From Leucoraja erinacea (lineage: Eukaryota): 64,000 nt of DNA. Positions 28,837 to 40,503 of this stretch are shown one piece after another. The stretch is from positions 20,770,001 to 20,834,000 of the forward strand of contig NC_073397.1 in the NCBI RefSeq assembly GCF_028641065.1, read 5' to 3'. Position 1 is the first letter of the stretch. Every line of letters begins with the position of its first letter. The notes beneath the pieces were generated by a model. It did no database searches, was not told the origin of the DNA, and saw only the letters and a program-made list of their open reading frames with translations. The translations under genes were made by a program, and so were the position numbers.

Positions 28837-28992
28837 AGACAGACACAAAACTCAGTGTCAGGCCGTTTTGGGTCTATATTGGACTGAGAATCGGGGAGGG
28901 AGAAACTAAAGGTATGAGAAAGTACAGAACAAAGCAAAGCTTATATTGATGACTCGGGAAAGGTGGAGCCCACAATGGACTGTTGTTGTGTT

Positions 28993-29024
28993 CAAAGATC
29001 CTATAGTCTGCTATAGGATCTTTG
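28993..29024. mobile_element. 32-bp TIR-only relic in an 8-bp target-site duplication (P-element-like footprint)
   Basis: GTTGTGTT-[CAAAGATCCTATAG tctg CTATAGGATCTTTG]-GTTGTGTT: perfect 14-bp inverted repeats and a perfect 8-bp direct repeat at 28985-28992 and 29025-29032. Confidence 0.75.
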
Positions 29025-29034
29025 GTTGTGTTGG

Positions 29035-29260
29035 AAGGAAAAGCAGATTCTGGTTTAAACCAAAGATAGACACAAAAAGCTAGAGTAACTCAGCATCGCT
29101 GGAGGAAAGGGATGGGTGATGTTTGGGGTCGAGACCCTTCTTCTGACTGGTTTGGGATAAGGGTCTGAAGAAGGATCTCGACTCGAAAAGTCACCCATTC
29201 CTTCTCTCCAGAAATGTTGCCTGTCCCACTGAGCTCCTCCAGCTTTTTGTGTCTATCTAT
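29035..29260. repeat. Palindromic Penelope-derived repeat with hammerhead-like core (one of more than 10 degenerate copies)
   Basis: Inverted arms AGATAGACACAAAAAGCT...AGCTTTTTGTGTCTATCT enclose two opposed copies of the motif CTGAAGA-AGGGTCTCGACCC-GAAA-CGTCACC, each with mismatches. Confidence 0.7.
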
Positions 29261-29699
29261 GTTCTGTTGTTGCCTGGGGACCAGGTGATAACGAAGAAAT
29301 ACAAACAGTGAAATTAGCAAGAGTAGGGTACGGGAGGGACGGGGTGAGAGGGAATGCAAGGGCTGCTTGAAGTTAAATAAATTAATATTGATTCCTTTTC
29401 TCCAGAGATGCTGCCTGACCCGCGGAGTTTCTCCAGCATTTTTTGTCTATTGCCCGGAGGAGATTGTTGAGGCAGGTAATATCGCAACGTTTAAGAAACA
29501 TTTAGACAGGCGGATAGGGCAGGTTTAGAGGGACATGGACCAAACGCAGGCAGGTGGGACTAGTGTAGCTGGGACATGTTGGCCGGTGTGGGTGAGTTGG
29601 GCCGAAGGGTCTGTCCCCATGCTGTTACTGCCCCACTCTCTGACCCTCTCCGCCTCTGTGACCTCATCCGCTGCCTGGCAACAAACACATAAACACCCG

Positions 29700-29800
29700 A
29701 CGACCATTGGTTCAATTAAATTAAAACGGCAACCTGATTGGTGGGGTGTTGACGGGAGCGATATTCAAATAAACGGCGGGAGGGGCGAGGCGGTCAGAGA
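29700..29800 (+). promoter_or_regulatory. UBE2C core promoter: tandem CCAAT boxes plus CHR element
   Basis: ATTGG at 29706-29710 and 29737-29741 (31-bp spacing), TTCAAA (reverse CHR, TTTGAA) at 29764-29769, and GGCGGGAGGGGCG; this is the known architecture of G2/M DREAM/NF-Y-regulated genes. Confidence 0.65.
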
Positions 29801-29802
29801 GG

Positions 29803-30052
29803 AGGTGGAAGCGGCCGATATACACACGGGCACGGCTGTTGTTGGTGGTGGAAGCGGCCGATATACACACGGGCACGGCTGTTGGTGGTGGAAGCGGCCG
29901 ATACACACACACGGGCACGGCTGTTGGTGGTGGAAGCGGCCGATATACACACGGGCACGGCTGTTGGTGGTGGAAGCGGCCGATATACACACACGGCTGT
30001 CGGTGGTGGGAGCGAATATATATATACACACACACGGCTGTCGGTGGTGGGA
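29803..30052 (+). repeat. Minisatellite, ~40-bp unit, ~6 copies
   Basis: Unit GGTGGAAGCGGCCGATATACACACGGGCACGGCTGTTGGT repeated in tandem, degenerating towards the 3' end. Confidence 0.9.
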
Positions 30053-30131
30053 GCCCGGACGAGCATACCTCAAGCCCAGGCGAAAACAGCACCGCTGGTC
30101 AGACCCACCCCCCGCCCGCCCTGCAGCCACA

Positions 30132-32976
30132 ATGGCCCAGAACGTGGACCCCACCACCGCCGCGGGCACCGCCGCAACCCGAAAAGGCAGCGAAAGCGGC
30201 GCGGCCATCACCCGTGGTTCGGTGTCCAAAAGGCAAGTCGGGGTGGACCGAGGGTTTGCGGGGCGCCACGGCTGGCGGCTGGGCTACTTGAGTCTAACTG
30301 TCTCGTGTCTTCCCACAGGTTACAACAGGAACTGATGGCCCTCATGGTGAGTCCACAAGGGGAAGATTTGTGCGGTTGGGGGTGGGGATACTCCTTTTTC
30401 CCCATTATGGCCAATGTCGCTTGCAGAACCTGAATCGAGCCCCTTGTTGTTTTGTTCTTTCAGATGTCCGGTAACAAAGGAATTTCCGCTTTCCCCGAGT
30501 CGGACAATCTCTTCCGTTGGATTGGCACCATTGACGGCGCCGTGGACACGGTGAGCGGACACTGGGGGCAAGCTTGGGCCCGGCCTAGTTTTGTAGCGTG
30601 AGCAAGGATGTGATGGGCCGCCGACTCTGCTTTAAATTCTACGCGAGGACCTGAAAGTAAATGTGCTCTGATTGATCTTGTTTACAGGTCTATGAGGGTT
30701 TGAGGTACAAGCTCTCTCTAGAATTCCCCAGTGGCTACCCGTACAACGCTCCCACGGTGAAGTTCCTGACCTCCTGCTATCATCCCAATGTGGACGGAGA
30801 AGGCAACATCTGTCTGGACATCCTCAAAGACAAATGGTCAGCACTTTATGACGTCAGGACGATCCTGCTGTCGATTCAGAGTTTACTGGGAGGTAAGAAT
30901 TTCTGTCTGAAATAGAGGATCCGAGTGACTTTGTGCAGGTATTTAGCACGAGGCTTATTTGCTATTGGACCTCGGATGTTGGGGGAACTAATAATTTCAC
31001 TATTGCAAAGCGCCTTGCATTATTAAATTAAGGGCTGCAGTTCAATTGAGCATTTGCGAGGCCATATCTGGAGCCGTGCGTGTTTTTGACCTCCAGTAAA
31101 CCTTTCTCTGAGCTAATACTGAGAATGAGTGTTGTCTTCTGATAAAAAAAAAGATTGTCATAAGAGCATGGGGGAGAGTGATTTGAAGCGCAAGATCCCG
31201 AGGAGTATTCAGGTGAGAGGATACTTCCCCTTTGTGGGGGAAATCTGCAACTCGTACTCTCTACCTAAGACGTATGGGGCACTCTTTGGCATTATCCCCG
31301 TAAGGATTTGGAAGCATAATATTTGAAGCTGACTTTATTGTGAGAAGTTACTCTGATAGAACGGGAATGGGTGGTTGACAGTCAATTTGGATTCCGTGAG
31401 CGCAAGGATTAGTTTTGTTACTCTGTCTAGACAAACGGGTAGTTTACAGTGTCCGTGTGGCCTGCTGTTGCACATATTTCGCATCTATTGTACATGTTGT
31501 CCTTGTTTGGGTATCTGCACTCATTCCCCTAGGATTCCTCTTTGTTCTCAATTTAAATTGAGACGCTGCCCCACCCATTGATTTACTCGAGCACTTGGTG
31601 CCTTTTTATTCCCAGCCATTTTGTTCTTGGATCTGATTAGTGTTGAAGGGAGTATTTGTTTCAATTTTTGTGACTTCCCATTGAGATTTCACACATTTCT
31701 ACATGAGTAGACCTGCTTGTAATGGTTTTTCCTTTGCCCCTAATGTGACTGAATTTATTGTTAGTTGCCATTTTTATCAAAAAAATATATAAAATGGCGT
31801 ATGGGATCCTAGACTTTATGTGAAACTAGGCAAGAAAATTGTAGGTAGACAAAAACGCTGGAGAAACTCGGCGGGTGAGGCAGCATCTATGAAGCGAAGG
31901 AAATTGGCAACTTTTCGGGTCGAGACCCTTCAGAAAATTGTAGGCTTTTTTTGCGGGGGGAGGTGGTTTGACCACAACACCAATTCACTCCTGGGTGCCA
32001 CGTAATAAGATTGGAGAAAATAGGTGATGTTTTGGGTCGAGACCCTTCTTCAATCTACAGTTTAAGCCAGCATCTGTAGTTCCTTTCTGCACATTTCGTC
32101 TTACATTTGGTAACCTTTGTTTTTTTCCTTTCTCTAAAATAGAGCCAAACATACAGAGTCCCCTGAATGTTGCTGCAGCTCAATTATGGTCTAATCAGCA
32201 AGGTAAGGGGCCATTCCAGTTTTCCGTTAGAAGGCTTTGGAGTGGGGTGTCCTGGACTGTTTGTCTCTGAACATAGAGCATCTTGAACTTTGCATTGAGA
32301 TTTCATGATACCCAGTTTGTAAAGTACCCCATCTTCATCCATGCCCTCTCTTCCCAACCCCACCCCCTGCTCTGGCCCGTACCTTCTGCCCTTTTGTGTG
32401 GACCTGGTCGAGTTGTCATTTGAAGTGAATCTGCAGAGGGCATTTAATCTTAAAGCCGCTCACCCCCCTTTGTCTGGACTGTTCGTTGCTGGTATTGTCC
32501 CTCTTTGATCATCCTGGTCCTGTTTTAGTGAAATTAACCAAGTGATCTATCAGCTGGTTCCTGGAGGTAGGATGATGAATGGGGTCCTCCTGAGGGCAGT
32601 AGGCTCTACTAGGTGGGAAATCTGGGGACTAACCCTTGCTTTGGCTGGGTGGGAGGAAAGAGGAACAGTTGATTATAGCTCTCTTGTATATCAGTTTCAA
32701 GTTTAAGGCAATTTAAATATTTGCATGTGTTTTTAATTTGTAACATCCATCCCAATGAGGAATGCACTGCAGTTTCATTAAAACAATCTGAGTAATTCCA
32801 TGACTAGAGTTTTACTCCACTAGACATTTGACCCCCACATTTGGTGGGTGGGAGCTTGGCCTGGGATTGTTGTGGATAGAGTTACTGAATGAGCTCTCAG
32901 TCTGACATAATGTGGGTTTGTTACAGAGTACAAGCAACGGCTACATGAGGCATATGCACGACAGCTGAAGAGTTGA
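30132..32976 (+). CDS. UBE2C: Ubiquitin-conjugating enzyme E2 C (UbcH10), 6 exons, 176 aa
   Basis: Exons 30132-30232, 30319-30346, 30464-30550, 30688-30892, 32143-32202, 32927-32976 (531 nt). Motifs [32 protein letters not shown] and [40 protein letters not shown] (catalytic Cys). Intron 1 donor is AG|GCAAGT. Confidence 0.97.
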
Positions 32977-33105
32977 GGCTGGGCCCAGAACTTCCAGCTG
33001 CTCTCCTACCTCCTGTGTTCTTCTCCTGTGTTCCCCTTTTGAATGTCTGTCAGTCCAATTATGTAAATGGGCATGTGCTTATCTTTTTTTTTAATTTGCC
33101 ATGTG

Positions 33106-33138
33106 AATAAAGTGCACTGTGGTTGATTTTCTAATAAA
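33106..33138 (+). terminator. UBE2C polyadenylation signals
   Basis: AATAAA at 33106-33111 and 33133-33138, 130-160 nt after the stop codon, followed by GT-rich sequence. Confidence 0.6.
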
Positions 33139-33464
33139 TGCTATGAAACATTTAAGTGTTGTAGCTATTCTGTGGATGATCTGCTGACTGAGAGGACAAG
33201 TACTATTGGGACTAAAAAGTAGCATTGGAACATTTTCCACCATTCTTGTTAGCTTATCAAGTTGAAATAAACGAGTTCACTATTCTGACTACGCCTGCCC
33301 AGGTCATAGGTCACTGGAGATAAACATTCTCGGCAGCTAAACTGCGTGTACACAGACCTGCGTTTCATCCGTAGTCGGGATCGAACTGGTTGTCTGGCAC
33401 TGCAAGAGCTGTTGAATTTCTACTGGCGTTGGTGACACTAGTTCTCCCTTCTCCACTGGTCCAT

Positions 33465-33965
33465 GCAGAAATAGACAATAGGTGCAGGAGCAGACTATTT
33501 GGCCCCTTGAGCTAGCACTGCCATTCAACGTGTCATGGCTGATCATCCACAATCAGTGCCCTGTTCCTGCTTCTCCCCATATTCCTTGACTGCCATGTTC
33601 AAGAGCTATATCTAGCTCTCTCTTGAAAGCACCCAGAGAACCAGCCTCCACCACCCTCTGAGGCAGAGAATTCCACAGACTCGCAACTCTCTTGTGTGAA
33701 AAAGTTTTTGCTCATCTCCATTCTAAAGGGCTTGCCCCTCATTCTTAAACTGTGGCCCCTGGTTCTTGACTCCCCCACCATCAGGAATGTGTTTCCTGCC
33801 TCTAGTGTGTCCAAGCCCTTAATAATTTATGTTTGAATAAGATTCCCTCTCATCCTTCTAAATTCCAGGGTATACAAGCCCAGCTGCTCCATTCTATCAA
33901 CATGACTGTCATCCTGGGAATTCACCTGGTGAACCCAAGCAGCACTCCCTCAATAGCAAATCTCA
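33465..33965 (-). mobile_element. CR1 LINE 3' fragment
   Basis: [26 protein letters not shown] plus CR1 3' UTR. Confidence 0.75.
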
Positions 33966-35599
33966 GCAGTGACAATCTAATGAATCATGGTCCGGTCCCC
34001 TCAGCCTGGGTATACTGGTTCCATTCTCACTTTGCTGCCCACAGGGCACAGGGGCGAACCGCGCACACCTCTCCTGTATAACCCAGGAGGTAGATTTGTG
34101 AGCGGCGTCTCACTACCGTCCCCGTCCCCTGTCTGAGGGTGGCTGGAAATGTCCGCGGTGACCCTGGACTGGGCAGTGGCAGCCCCGGGTTTACAGCCAG
34201 CTCCAGTTCATCTCTGCTCCAACTCCTGAGGAACTGTTCCCCGACGGGCCGGGACCATCAGCTGCACCTCTCTTTATCCAGTGGCTGTCGGTTAAAAGCC
34301 GAGCACCAGTCATCAACGGGGATACACAAAATGCTGCAGTAACTCAGCGGGTCAGGCAACATCTCTGGAGAAGGGTCTCGGCCCGAAACGTCACCTATTC
34401 CTTTTCTCCAAAGATGCAGCCTGTCCCGCTGAGTACTCCAGCACGTTGGTGTAAACCAGCATCTGCAGTTCCAGTCCTGATCTCTGTTGATGCCTATGGG
34501 GAAACGGGTGGGGAGAGAGCAACTCGCTATTGCGGCTTCACTGCAGGTCCCGGACACCCCGTCTCTGCAAGAACTTGCATTCAGTCCTGCCGTTAGGCAG
34601 TTCAATTGAGGGCAGGACTGAAAGCGATGATGAAATTGGGCTCCAGTTCCCAATAGTTCACTGGCATAGAGTGGGGTGTATTGAGATGAGGCCCGAGCTA
34701 CAACTTAACATCAATGCAAACTTTGAAAGTCATTAAATACCCCATAGGGTTCATCTGCACTGTTGCTTTGTCAACACAAAAACACTTGAGCTTTGGGTGT
34801 TTGACATGTAGCTGCTTACTGGTGGGACAATTTCAATTTGAACATTTTTATTTTCTGTACATATGATTGAAAGAGCGAGGTATGAATTAGGGTCTTGGCT
34901 TGGACCTCTTGAAATCTGGCACTTTTTTACATTATTACTCTTAAATTATAGGACTGCAGTGCAGGCCTTCTGAAACAGACCAGTGTTAATTCATACACTT
35001 GCTCCCAGAGCTTGCAAACTACAAATGCTCAAAATACATCACTCACAACCAAGTCTCGGAGGAAGGCCTGAACTTTTTATAACCTCCCAAGCACTCAACG
35101 GACGATGAAAATGTGTAGCCAGTTTGCACACAGGAAACGTGCTGTAACACTACACCATGCTTCTGATTCAGTAAAATTGACAGGTATGTGTAGACAATTT
35201 TTCAGAATAATATCTTGGAAAATTTACATTGACCCAAAAGAAGAGAGGGCTTCAGGTTTAACCTGTTGTGAAAGATTCCTAATCTTTTGTCCACATATTT
35301 ACCCCTGTGACAGCTGAGCTATTGGGCTATAACTGTGTTCCGTCCTGATCTCTGTTGCTGTCTGTGTGAAGTTTGTGTTATGGTTTTCTCCCACATACCA
35401 AAGACATGCAGAATGGTAGGTCAATTTGCCATTGGAAATGATCCTGATGCTGGAGGCAAGCTGTAGAATCTGGGGGAGTTGATGAGAATGTGAGGAAAAT
35501 AGGTTGGAGGTAAAATCTAATAGGGGAAAGGGATTGCTCTGTGAGCAGGAACAAATAATGGGCCAAATGACCTACTATGGCATAAATAAGGAATACGTG

Positions 35600-37840
35600 G
35601 AGTGAACATTTATGTCAGAGGCAGAGGCACGATAAAATAGGTCAAAGTCCGCATGGCGTTGAGATGGGGAGGTTTTGCTTGACAAATTTGCTGGAGTTTT
35701 TTGAAGAAGTAAATAGTAGGACTGACAAAGGAGAGTCAGTGGATGTTTCCTTATATTTTCAGAAAGCTTTTGATAAGGTGCCAAACGATAGGCTGCTTAG
35801 GAAGATCAGTGCACATGGTATCAAAGATCATATATTAGCATGGATAGCAGGTTGGCCGAATGGCAGAAGACAGGGTGGCAATAAAGGAGGCTTTATCTGG
35901 TTGGCTACCAGTGAATAGTGGAGTTCTGCAAGGGTCTACTCTTCACATTGTATATTAATGATTTGGACGAGCGGATTGAAGGCTTTGTGGCAAAGTTAGC
36001 GGATGATACGAAAATAGGTGAAGGGGCAGGTAGTGTACAGAAAGCAGGGACTCTGCAGAAGGTCTTGGACAGGTTGGGAGGGTGGGCAGATAAGTGGCAG
36101 ATGGAATATAGTGTAGCAATGTGTGTAGTCATGCATTTTGGTTGTAGGAATAAAGGCGTAGACTATTTTCTAAATGGGGTGAGAATCCAGAAATCGGAGG
36201 TGCAAAAGGACTTGGGAGTGCTGATGCAGGATTCCCAAAAAGTTCATCTGCAAGTCGAATCGGTAGTAAAGATGGCAAACTCAATGCTAGCATTTATTTC
36301 AATAGGGCTTGTATACAAAAAACAGGGATGTAATGTTGAGGTTCTATAAGTCGCTGGTAAGGCCGCATTTGGAATATTGTGAGCAATGTTGGGCACTGTA
36401 TCTGAGGAAGGATGTGCTTCTGGCTCTGGAGAGGGTCCTGAGGAAGTTTACAAGCATGATCCCAGGAATGAGTAGCTTAACCTATGATGAGCATTTGTCA
36501 GCACTGGGCCTGCACTCGCTGGAGTTTAGAAGAATGAGGGGGGACCTCATTGATACATACAGAATAATGAAAAGTTTGGATAGAGTGGATGTGGAGAGGA
36601 TGTTTCCACTAGTGGGAGAGTCTAGGACTAGAGGTCATCAAGAGGAGGAGCCATCTTGGGGAACGGCTGCTAACCAGCAGCCGTCCGTTAAATTCACTTT
36701 TTTTTTGTAGTTCTAGTGAGTCCTGTGTTTTGTGGGAGAAATAGACTTTTTAATGTGGGGGGAAGGGGGTAACTATATTTCTAGGTCCCTACCTGGTCGG
36801 TGAGGCAGCTTTTTCTCTGGGCTGCCCCGTCGACCCGTCCTCGTGGCCTACCAGCGAGGCCGTTTCCTGGCGGGGAGCGCCCAGCACCTCAGCTTCGGTG
36901 GCGGCACAGCGCTGGAGCGCTATCGCGGAGCGGGCGATGCCTTGCCTGGGTCGACGCGCTGGAGCTCCGGTGAGCTGTGACCGCCGAGTTCAACAACTGC
37001 GGGCTGCGGGTCTGCGGAGCGGAGCGGGCGGCGCCGACTTCAACATCGGGAGCCTGGGAGCTCCAAACCGGCACGGCCTTGTCGGCTTCGGAAGCCGCGG
37101 TCTCCGGTTAAGGAAGCGGCCGTTCCAGGTGGCCCAGCCGCTGAGAGGACTCTCCCGACGCCGGGGCAACAGCACCCGGCAAGAACGGCCAGGAACATCG
37201 GGCCTCCGTAGAGGCAACAGCGGAGGCCTCAATAGGCCTGACTATGGGAGAACTGGGAGAACATTGTGCCTTCCCCCACAGTGGTAACCATTGTGGGGGG
37301 ATGATTTTTGTGTGTAAGTGATTATTTTATTCTGTGTCCAAGATGGCTGTCGGAAGGGAGAGTGTACGCTGGTGCAGTTTAGCTGCCGCTGCTCTCTTCA
37401 CATTGTGTTTTTGATTTTTTTGTCTTTGGATCGAATTCTGTCTTTAATTTGTGTATTGGTGATGTCTTTACTATTTAATTTACTCCGATTATATGTTTTT
37501 TACTCTTGTTAAATTCTGTAAGGTGTCCTTGAGACTTTTGAAATGCGCCCACAAATAAAATTCATTATTATTATTATTATAGCCTCAGAAGTAAAGGATG
37601 TTCTTTTTGGAAGGAGATGAGGAGACATTTCTTTAGGTAGGGTGATGAATCTGTGGAATTCTTCGCCACTGAAGATTGTGGACGTCATCAGAGGATATTT
37701 TCATGGCAGGAATAGATAGATCTTGATTAGTACAGGTGTCAGAGGGAGAAGGCAGGAGAATGGGGTTAGGTGGGAGAAATAGATCAGCCATGATTAAATA
37801 TTTGAGTAGACTTGATGAGCCGAATGGTCTAATTCTACTC
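35600..37840 (+). mobile_element. CR1 LINE RT region split by a 940-bp insert
   Basis: CLTNLLEFFEEV, FQKAFDKVP, KLADDTKIG, LVRPHLEYC. The sequence resumes after the insert (gaggtcat|agcctcagaa). Confidence 0.85.
36639..37580 (+). mobile_element. GC-rich non-autonomous retroposon with L2-like 3' tail
   Basis: Precisely interrupts a CR1. Ends GTAAGGTGTCCTTGAG...AAATAAAATTC(ATT)n, like L2-type 3' ends; no credible ORF. Confidence 0.6.
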
Positions 37841-37844
37841 GACG

Positions 37845-40503
37845 AGTAAGGGGGAATGGTACAAAAGGGACGGATTGCATCTTAACAGGTGGGGGACCAG
37901 CATTCTGGCCGGCAGGTTTGCCACTGCTACACAGATGGTTTTAAACTGAATAAGGGGGGTGGGGTGTCAAATGGGATAGTTGAGGATGGAGTTAAAGGGA
38001 AAGGGTTTCTTAAATGTGTGAGCGGAGAGACAGAGGGGTGTAAAATGAGGGTAGAAGCAATAGGTAGCAAGGTGAAAAGTAAAAGTGGCAGGCAGACAAA
38101 TCCAGGGCAAAAATCAAAAAGGGCCACTTTTCAACATAATTGTATAAGGGGTAAGAGTGTTGTAAAAACAAGCCTGAAGGCTTTGTGTCTCAATTCAAGG
38201 AGCATTTGTAATAAGGTGGATGAGTTGAATGTGCAGATAGCTATTAATGACTATGATATAGTTGGGATCACGGAGACATGGCTCCAGGGTGACCAAGGCT
38301 GGGAGCTGAACATCCAGGGATATTCAATATTCAGGAGGGATAGACAGAAAGGGAAAGGAGGTGGGGTAGCGTTGCTGGTTAGAGAGCAGATTAACGCAAT
38401 AGAAAGGAAGGACATTAGCTTGGAGGTTGTGGAATCGATATGGGTAGAGCTGCGAAACACTAAGGGGCAGAAAACGCTAGTGGGAGTTGTGTACAGGCCA
38501 CCTAACAGTAGTAGTGGAGTTGGTATGGCATCAAACAGGAAATTAGAAATGCGTGCAACAAAGGTAAAACAGTTATAATGGGCGACTTCAATCTACATAG
38601 GCTTAATTAGGAAAGGGAAAATAGATTACGAAAGAAAACTGGCAGGGAATATAAAAACTGACTGCAAAAGCTTTTATAGATATGTGAAGAGAAAAAGATT
38701 AGTTAAAACAAATGTAGGTCCCTTGCAGTCAGAGACAGGTGAATTGATCATGGGGAACAAGGACATGGCAGACCAATTGAATAACTACTTTGATTCTGTC
38801 TTCACTAAGGAAGACATAAATAATCTGCCGGAAATAGCAGGGGACCGGGGGTCAAATGATATGGAGGAACTGAGTGAAATCCAGGTTAGCCGGGAAGTGG
38901 TGTTAGGTAAATTGAATGGATTAAAGGCCGATAAATCCCCAGGGCCAGATAGGCTGCATCCCATAGTACTTAACGAAGTAGCCCCAGAAATAGTGGATGC
39001 ATTAGTGATAATTTTTCAAAACTCTTTAGATTCTGGAGTAGTTCCTGAGGATTGGAGGGTAGCTTATGTAACCCCACTTTTTAAAAAGGGAGGGAGAGAG
39101 AAAACTGGGAATTACAGACCAGTTAGTCTAACCTCGGTAGTGGGGAAACTGCTAGAATCAGTTATTAAAGATGGGATAGCAGCACATTTGGAAAGTGGTG
39201 AAATCATTGGACAAAGACAGCATGGATTTATGAAAGGTAAATCATGTCTGACGAATCTTATAGAATTTTTTGAGGATGTAACTAGTAGAGTGGATAGGGG
39301 AGAACCAGTGGATGTGGTGTATCTGGACTTCCAGAAGGCTTTCGACAAGGTCCCACATAAGAGATGAGTATACAAACTTAAAGCACACGGTATTGGGGGT
39401 TCACTATTGATGTGGATAGAGAACTGGCTGGCAGACAGGGAGTAGGAGTAAACGGGTCCTTTTCAAAATGGCAGGCAGTGACTAGTGGGGTACCGCAAGG
39501 CTCAGTGCTGGGACCCCAGCTATTTACGATATATATTAATGATTTGGACGAGGGAATTGAATGCAACATCTCCAAATTTGCGGATGGCACGAAGCTGGGG
39601 GGCAGTGTTAGTGTATGGAGGATGCTAGGAGGCTGCAAGGTGACTTGAATAGGCTGGGTGAATGGGCAAATGCATGGCAGGTGCAGTACAATGTGGATAA
39701 ATGTGAGGTTATCAACTTTGGTGGCAAAAATAGGAAAGTAGACTGTATTCTGAATGGTGGCCGATTAGGAAAAGGGGAGATGCAGCGAGACCTGGGTGTC
39801 ATGGTACACCAGTCATTAAAAGTAGGCATGCAGGTGCAGTTGGCAGTGAAGAAGGCGAATGGTATGTTAGCATTCATAGCAAAAGGATTTGAGTATAGGA
39901 GCAGGGAGGTTCTACTGCAGTTGTACAGGGTCATGGTGAGACCACACCTGGAGTATTGCGTACAGTTTTGATCTCCAAATCTGAGGAAGGACATTCTTGC
40001 CATAGAGGGAGTACAGAGAAGGTTCACCAGACTGATTCCTGGGATGTCAGGACTTTCATATGAAGAAAGACTGGATAGACTCGGTTTGTACTCTCTAGAA
40101 TTTAGAAGATTGAGGGGGGATCTTATAGAAACTTACAAAATTCTTGAGGGGTTGGACAGGCTAGATGCAGGAAGATTGTTCCCAACATCGGGAAGTCCAG
40201 AATAAGGGGTCACAGTTTAAGGATAAGGGGGAAATCTTTTAGGACCGAGATGAGGAAAACATTTTTCACACAGAGAGTGGTGAATCTCTGGAATTCTCTG
40301 CCACAGAAGGTAGATGAGGCCAGTTCATTGGCTATATTTAAGAGGGAGTTAGATGTGGCCCTTGTGGCTAAAAGGATCAGGGGGTATGGAGAGAAGGCAG
40401 GTACAGGATACTGAGTTGGATGATCAGCCATGATCATATTGAATGGCAGTGCAGGCTCGAATGGCCGCATGGCCTACTCCTGTACCTATTTTCTATGTTT
40501 CTA
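37845..40503 (+). mobile_element. Young CR1 LINE (ORF1 esterase end, APE endonuclease, RT) with an internal deletion
   Basis: YKRDGLHLN (SGNH block V), GITETWL...GGGVAL...VVYRPP...MGDFN (EN), [46 protein letters not shown], then the 3' UTR with TTCTATG-type tail. A deletion junction lies at ~38600. Confidence 0.92.

Noticed and set aside
29803-30052. CRISPR-like array
   Set aside because: Head-to-tail tandem units with no unique spacers, no cas genes, and a vertebrate context.
29535-30433. Several long overlapping ORFs (up to 266 aa) with repeated HGHGCWWW or VEAADIHT peptides
   Set aside because: They arise from the stop-free minisatellite and GC-rich promoter; only the part from ATG 30132 is UBE2C.
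36889-37287. ORFs of 61-129 aa in the GC-rich insert
   Set aside because: Low-complexity Arg/Gly/Ala translations of a repeat, with no splice signals or domain resemblance.
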